DNA from: Candidatus Bathyarchaeia archaeon
Lineage (GTDB): Archaea; Thermoproteota; Bathyarchaeia; Bathyarchaeales; Bathycorpusculaceae
Assembly: GCA_041481365.1 (NCBI GenBank)
Contig: JBGPBS010000001.1
Span: forward strand, 13,063 to 77,062
Direction: 5' to 3'
Length of the DNA: 64,000 nt
A program made the position numbers and the translations under genes. The notes beneath the pieces are model-generated. The model ran no database searches. It was not told the origin of the DNA and was given only the letters and a program-made list of their open reading frames with translations. Positions 61,731 through 64,000 of this stretch are shown here, one piece after another (within the stretch, counting starts at the first letter, position 1; every line of letters begins with the position of its first letter).

Positions 61731-62210
61731 TTGAAGATCAAGATAACGCGTGACGTGCCTGTTTCGACGCATCCATTCATGCACTACTTTAAAGGCTTCG
61801 AAAAAGTTGAGGCGGTCAGGCAGATATTCGGTGAAAAAACAGAACAAGTCCTAGACAATCTCAAAGTGGAGTTTGCTGGAACAAGAGGCTACATGGGAGT
61901 CAACAACAACGATGGCCACCTGCTCATCGGAGCAAACTACTTGAAGGAAGGAGACATCGTGGACATTTACCTGGACATAATCCATGAGCTTGTTCACGTC
62001 AGACAATTCATGGAGGGAAAGGAGCTCTTCGACGACAACTTCAGCTACACTGATAGACCGACCGAGATAGAAGCCTATCGCCATACCATAAACGAAGCCC
62101 GCAAACTGGGATTGAACGACGATAGAATTCTTCTATACTTGAAGACAGAATGGATGACCGACAAGGACGTCAGACGGTTAGCGAAAACCCTCGGAGTCAA
62201 ATTCCGTTGA
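61731..62210 (+). CDS. Hypothetical HExxH zinc-metallopeptidase-like protein
   Basis: IIHELVHVRQFMEG followed by TEIEAYRH; 159 aa; TTG start. Confidence 0.55.
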   Translation: MKIKITRDVPVSTHPFMHYFKGFEKVEAVRQIFGEKTEQVLDNLKVEFAGTRGYMGVNNNDGHLLIGANYLKEGDIVDIYLDIIHELVHVRQFMEGKELFDDNFSYTDRPTEIEAYRHTINEARKLGLNDDRILLYLKTEWMTDKDVRRLAKTLGVKFR

Positions 62211-62330
62211 CTGAAGAGCTGTGAATGCTGCTAGAATGGCTTCTTAAATCCCGGGGCTGGCCGAAATCTTGCTCATCATGATCCGACAAGAGAACGATCG
62301 TGTTTCTAGCTGAAAGGAGCGCTTTTTCAG

Positions 62331-63344
62331 TCATGCTTTGTTCCTGTCCAACTTAGACGGGGACCCTTTCCTTTTCACGTTGATCAGATATACTCCCCCT
62401 AGAGTCAGTGCTGAACCGAGCAGTGCCTCTTTGCTGATACTTTCGCCCAGGAGTCGCCATCCGAAGAATAAGGCGATGGCCGGAACTATTAGGCTTGAAC
62501 CTGAGACTGTCGTGGCTTCTTCTTCCTTGAGAAGGAGAAACCAGATAACGTTCCCTATCGCTAGTGCTCCTATCGCTGAGAAAGATAATAGCTCAATGTA
62601 CATTGAGCCGCTTGGAAAGCTGAAGCCGCTCGTGCCCAAACTTAAAAGAACTAGAGGAATAATGCCTACTGACAATTGCGTAAAATGAGTAATCAACGGG
62701 TCAACATGGTTTAGGAATTTCTTGTAGTAGACTGCCACCACAGCCCATAAGAATGCGCCCAGCAGCATGATGAAGGCAGAGTCGAGCGTAAAGGAGCCAG
62801 TGCTGTTCACGAAAAGCATGAGAACCCCAATGATGCCTATTGTGACTCCCAAGAGTTTTGTTCTGGTCACTTTTTCCCTGAGAAGAGGCATGGCCAGGAG
62901 GAAGACAAAGAGTGGTTGCGTGTACGTGAGCACTGCACCTACGCCTGAACTCTCTCGGGACAATCCGAAGGCTTGGACGAGTATGACAGACACGAAGATC
63001 AGGCAGAGGATTATGAGTTTGCCCAGCGTGCCCTTGTCCCTTGGCATTCTGCCTCTCAGGACCAGAGAGAAAGGAAGCAGGAAAGCTGCTGAGACCGCGA
63101 ATCGTTGCAGGACAAATGTTGTAGGCTCGACGTAGTCCAGACCCATTTTCATCACTGACCAGTTCAGGCCCCAGAGGAAAACCATGCATGAGAAAAGCAG
63201 CCAATTTCTAAGCTTCAAGTCGCCAGTCCCACGTGATCTGTTTAAGGTTTTGAAGCATAGGAAAGACCCGGTATTTATTCTTCTTTTTGGACATTCAAGC
63301 GGCGCAATGGTCTCTTGCGCGCATGTTAATGCTTGACTTTTCAA
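62331..63344 (-). CDS. EamA-family (DMT superfamily) transporter
   Basis: About 10 TM segments in two EamA repeats (FLWGLNWSVMK...; LFFGWRLLGESISKEALLGSALTLGGVYLIN). The true start is probably internal to the ORF. Confidence 0.8.
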   Translation of the reverse strand: MKSQALTCAQETIAPLECPKRRINTGSFLCFKTLNRSRGTGDLKLRNWLLFSCMVFLWGLNWSVMKMGLDYVEPTTFVLQRFAVSAAFLLPFSLVLRGRMPRDKGTLGKLIILCLIFVSVILVQAFGLSRESSGVGAVLTYTQPLFVFLLAMPLLREKVTRTKLLGVTIGIIGVLMLFVNSTGSFTLDSAFIMLLGAFLWAVVAVYYKKFLNHVDPLITHFTQLSVGIIPLVLLSLGTSGFSFPSGSMYIELLSFSAIGALAIGNVIWFLLLKEEEATTVSGSSLIVPAIALFFGWRLLGESISKEALLGSALTLGGVYLINVKRKGSPSKLDRNKA

Positions 63345-63499
63345 AGCTGAATGCAGTCGCTAGAGTGCCCCGTGAAAACTCTTCAGGCTTTCAGTCAGTT
63401 TTTTAGCGGACGAAGCTCGCGCTAGAGACAATGACCCCAAATCCTTAAACGGATTGACTGAGGAGTATCTGGTTCACGGTAAGAGTAAGAAGTGGTTTT

Positions 63500-64000
63500 A
63501 TGAATCTTCGGGATAGGGTAGTTATTGTTACTGGTGCTTCTTCTGGGATCGGCCTTGCGACCGCAAAACTTCTGGCTAAACAGGGCGCGAAACTTGCTCT
63601 CGTCTCCCGTTCGAGAGAGAAATTGGAGCAATTGTCAGCTGAGCTTCCCACATCGTTGGCAGTTCCTGCAGACATGACGAGAGTTTATGAAATCGAAAGG
63701 ATGGTTAGGCAAACTGTAGAACATTTCGGGAGAATTGAAGTTCTAATTAATTGTGCCGGTCAAGGGTATGATGCTCCGGTTGAGAAGACTAATGTTGACA
63801 CGTTTCGTTATATTTTCGATTTGGACGTGGTCGGCCCACTTGTGACCATGCAGCAAGTGATTCCCATCATGAGGAAGCAGGGTGGAGGAGCGATTATCAA
63901 CGTTAGCTCTGGCACTGCGCTGATGTATTTGCCATACAACGGTGCATATTCGGCCTTGAAACGCGCGCTGGCCAATATCAGCTTGACTGCACGGGAAGAA
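63500..64000 (+). CDS. Short-chain dehydrogenase/reductase (partial, runs off the window end)
   Basis: My translation from ATG 63500: MNLRDRVVIVTGASSGIGLATAKLL..., NCAG, SSGTALMYLPYNGAYSALK (YxxxK). No stop before 64000. Confidence 0.88.
   Translation, partial: MNLRDRVVIVTGASSGIGLATAKLLAKQGAKLALVSRSREKLEQLSAELPTSLAVPADMTRVYEIERMVRQTVEHFGRIEVLINCAGQGYDAPVEKTNVDTFRYIFDLDVVGPLVTMQQVIPIMRKQGGGAIINVSSGTALMYLPYNGAYSALKRALANISLTAREE

Noticed and set aside
1-64000. CRISPR arrays, tRNA/rRNA genes, transposases/integrases, and toxin-antitoxin or other defence systems
   Set aside because: I looked in every intergenic gap over 100 nt and found no repeat-spacer periodicity, no cloverleaf-like tRNA sequences, and no transposase, integrase or nuclease-type ORFs. 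Their absence is based on reading by eye, not on covariance-model scans.

Overview
Dense, mostly chromosomal-looking archaeal segment with about 70 CDS. I found no rRNA, tRNA, CRISPR array or recognisable mobile element. Archaeal markers seen directly in the sequence: split GMP synthase, a Sulfolobus-type SSB OB fold, a Sulfolobus-type zinc ferredoxin, a small archaeal parvulin, a COG2522-type HTH regulator, a PEF-CTERM-like sorting tail, TATA-box-like promoters and oligo-T terminators. An anaerobic TACK-lineage organism (Bathyarchaeia-like) is my inference, not a demonstrated placement. The centrepiece is a tightly coupled 11-gene minus-strand operon (23.2-34.9 kb). It encodes an MvhADG-type [NiFe] hydrogenase, its maturation protease, HdrBC, and two paralogous HdrA-MvhD modules. 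One module has a fused 1007-aa double HdrA; the other has the same architecture split into 439 + 566 aa. The two mvhD copies share an 87-nt perfectly identical stretch. A palindrome TATGAC-N4-GTCAT lies upstream of this operon. It recurs twice, 20 bp apart, upstream of a Cys-rich COG2522 regulator/HtrA operon at 54.3 kb. A second theme is a thiol/Fe-S/oxidative-stress island (43.6-50.7 kb): rubredoxin, TRASH mini-protein, IscU, an IscS whose PLP lysine is replaced by Asp, TusA, Zn-ferredoxin, SOD, a Grx-like protein, an FTR-rubredoxin fusion, EndoIII and an FMN reductase. Several real-looking genes under 60 aa are absent from the ORF track: rubredoxin, two YHS proteins, one TRASH-like protein and a CxxC-x17-CxxC protein. 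There are also four gene remnants: a frameshifted histidine phosphatase and HAD, disulfide-oxidoreductase and VIT1 fragments. Other content: two P-type ATPases, a Lon-like protease with a Walker A K-to-R change, class II RNR, an ADP-forming acetyl-CoA synthetase-GNAT fusion, bacterial-type MetK, and housekeeping enzymes. All calls come from reading motifs by eye; no database search was run.
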